DNA of 64,000 nt from Vulcanimicrobiota bacterium (GTDB lineage: Bacteria; Vulcanimicrobiota; Vulcanimicrobiia; Vulcanimicrobiales; Vulcanimicrobiaceae): NCBI GenBank assembly GCA_963820825.1, contig CAWGBN010000008.1:352001-416000 (forward strand). The letters run 5' to 3'. Of this stretch, positions 62,513-64,000 are shown in pieces (positions within the stretch are counted from its first letter, which is position 1; each line of letters begins with the position of its first letter). The position numbers were made by a program, and so were the translations under genes. The notes under the pieces were generated by a model. It was given only the letters and a program-made list of their open reading frames with translations, made no database searches and was not told the origin of the DNA.

Positions 62513-63449
62513 CTAGCGTGATTCGAGTCGAACCTGCGGTAGCAACTCGTCGAAGTCTTCGCGGCGGCAGAGATGCGCCGCCGGCGTCATCGCCGTCCCA
62601 GCGCCCGCCGCGGTTCCAAGGCGTAGGCCTTCCGCTAATCCGCTCTCCTCGTTGAGGGCGATCGCCGAGACCCGCGACCATCGAATCACCCGAGCCGACG
62701 CTGCTGCACGTGCGAACCGCCGGCGCGAAGGCCTTCCAGCACTCCGACGGTCCAAGCGCAATCGCACCCGCCGCTCCTTGCGAGACGACCACGTGCTCGG
62801 CCCCGAGTTCTTGCAGACGGCGTGCAGCCGCGAGCGCATCGGCATCATCGTGAATTGCGCGGCCCAGTAACGCTTCGGCCTCTTCGATGTCGGGCTTGAT
62901 GAGCGCCGGCCGCGCGCGCACGGCGTGCGCGAGCGCGGCGCCGGAGGTATCGACGATCGTCCGCACGCCACGATCGCGCAGCCATGCGACGAGCTGCGCG
63001 TAGGTCTCCTCCGGCAATCCCGGCGGCAGGCTGCCGCCGAGCACGACGACGCCGCCGCTAGGAACCTGTTGCAGACGGAGCTGCAGATCGGCGATTCGCG
63101 CGGGATCGACGCGCGCTCCGGGAAGATAGATCCGGCTGCGCCGCGCGCTCGACGTTTCGTAGAGCATCACGTTGAGGCGCGTCATCTCCTCGACGTCGTC
63201 GAAGGCATGCATGACGTGCTCGGCATCCAGGCACGAGCGGATCATCGCACCGGTGACGCCGCCCACGAAGCCGAGCGCGATCGTTTCTCGCCCGAGGCGA
63301 TGGATGACGCGGCTCGCGTTGAGGCCTTTACCGCCGGCGTCGAGCGAGCCCAAGCGGCAACGATTGATGTTACCGAGCAGAAACGCTTCGATCTCGACCG
63401 CCTGATCGACGGCCGGGTTCAGCGTAACCGTCATGATCGGACCGCTCAT
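62513..63449 (-). CDS. pfkB: 1-phosphofructokinase-family (PfkB) hexose kinase; frameshift near 62670
   Basis: TVTLNPAVD, AGGKGLN, GGSLPPG, IKP..EE, VGSGDS.VAG; tail GLRLGTAAGA in ORF 62513..62971. Confidence 0.85.
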
Positions 63450-63458
63450 CGTCAACTC

Positions 63459-63575
63459 CTAATCGATTCGCTTGCGGAAGCGCAGCACCGCTGTGGCAAA
63501 GACGGCGAGCCCGAGAGCGAGCAGCGTGAGAATCTGTGGCCAGAGATAATCGAGCCCGGCTCCAGCGTAGAGCCG
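63459..63575 (-). pseudogene. ABC-2 permease C-terminal remnant
   Basis: GAGLDYLWPQILTLLALGLAVFATAVLRFRKRID*, with no upstream frame. Confidence 0.55.
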
Positions 63576-63640
63576 GCCTGAGAATTAGTCGGGAATGCGA
63601 CGTTCACCACATCTTCTCGACGCTGCCCTACAGTCGCGCC

Positions 63641-64000
63641 ATGGGAAGCACGATTGCGACACCCGCCTTCACCGACTGCCTCGAGGAACGGCCGTTCATT
63701 CGACCCTTCCGCAGCATCACCAACGCCGACGTGGCCGCGGTGGGCGGCAAGAATGCGTCGCTCGGCGAGATGTACCGTAACCTGGCATCGCTTGGCGCCC
63801 GCGTACCAAACGGTTTCGCGGTCACCGCCGACGCCTACCGCAAGGTACTGACGCGCGCGGGAGGCTGGGAGCGACTACGCGCGGCGCTCGACGGTCTCGA
63901 CCCCGCCGATCTCACCGACTTCGGCGCGCGCGCGCAGCGGGCGCACGCGATCGTGATGGAGGCGCCGTTGCCGCAGGAGCTGAGCGATCAGATTCTCGCC
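63641..64000 (+). CDS. ppsA: Phosphoenolpyruvate synthase, N-terminal part (runs off window)
   Basis: DVAAVGGKNASLGEMY..L...G.RVPNGFAVTADAY. Confidence 0.88.
   Translation, partial: MGSTIATPAFTDCLEERPFIRPFRSITNADVAAVGGKNASLGEMYRNLASLGARVPNGFAVTADAYRKVLTRAGGWERLRAALDGLDPADLTDFGARAQRAHAIVMEAPLPQELSDQILA

Overview
High-GC bacterial window dominated by genes for secreted lipoproteins: 11 phosphoesterase/phospholipase C-family paralogues (7 in one translationally coupled tandem run), many NHL-type beta-propellers and a GloVer-type repeat protein. This gene mix suggests Eremiobacterota/Vulcanimicrobiota (inference only). From about 22.8 to 57.5 kb the region is accessory. Its main feature is a casposon-like module (solo cas1 with a Zn-finger tail, two HTH-like genes, an HNH gene and a heavily frameshifted family B DNA polymerase; 27.3-33.9 kb). 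Directly downstream of cas1 lie three co-oriented compact genes, each followed by a copy of a 31-bp direct repeat (GATAHTACATAAGGGCCTTCAAACGTCCKGT), i.e. a repeat array with gene-sized spacers. Also present: an orphan HTH fragment resembling a Cas1 tail (53.2 kb), a truncated IS3, a truncated IS110 with a recognisable bridge-RNA region, a tyrosine-integrase remnant, REP-like DNA translated in frame in the N-terminal linkers of 8 phosphoesterases, and a four-copy upstream element shared by dissimilar lipoprotein genes. Many single-base frameshifts may be assembly errors. All calls come from reading motifs by eye; no searches were run.
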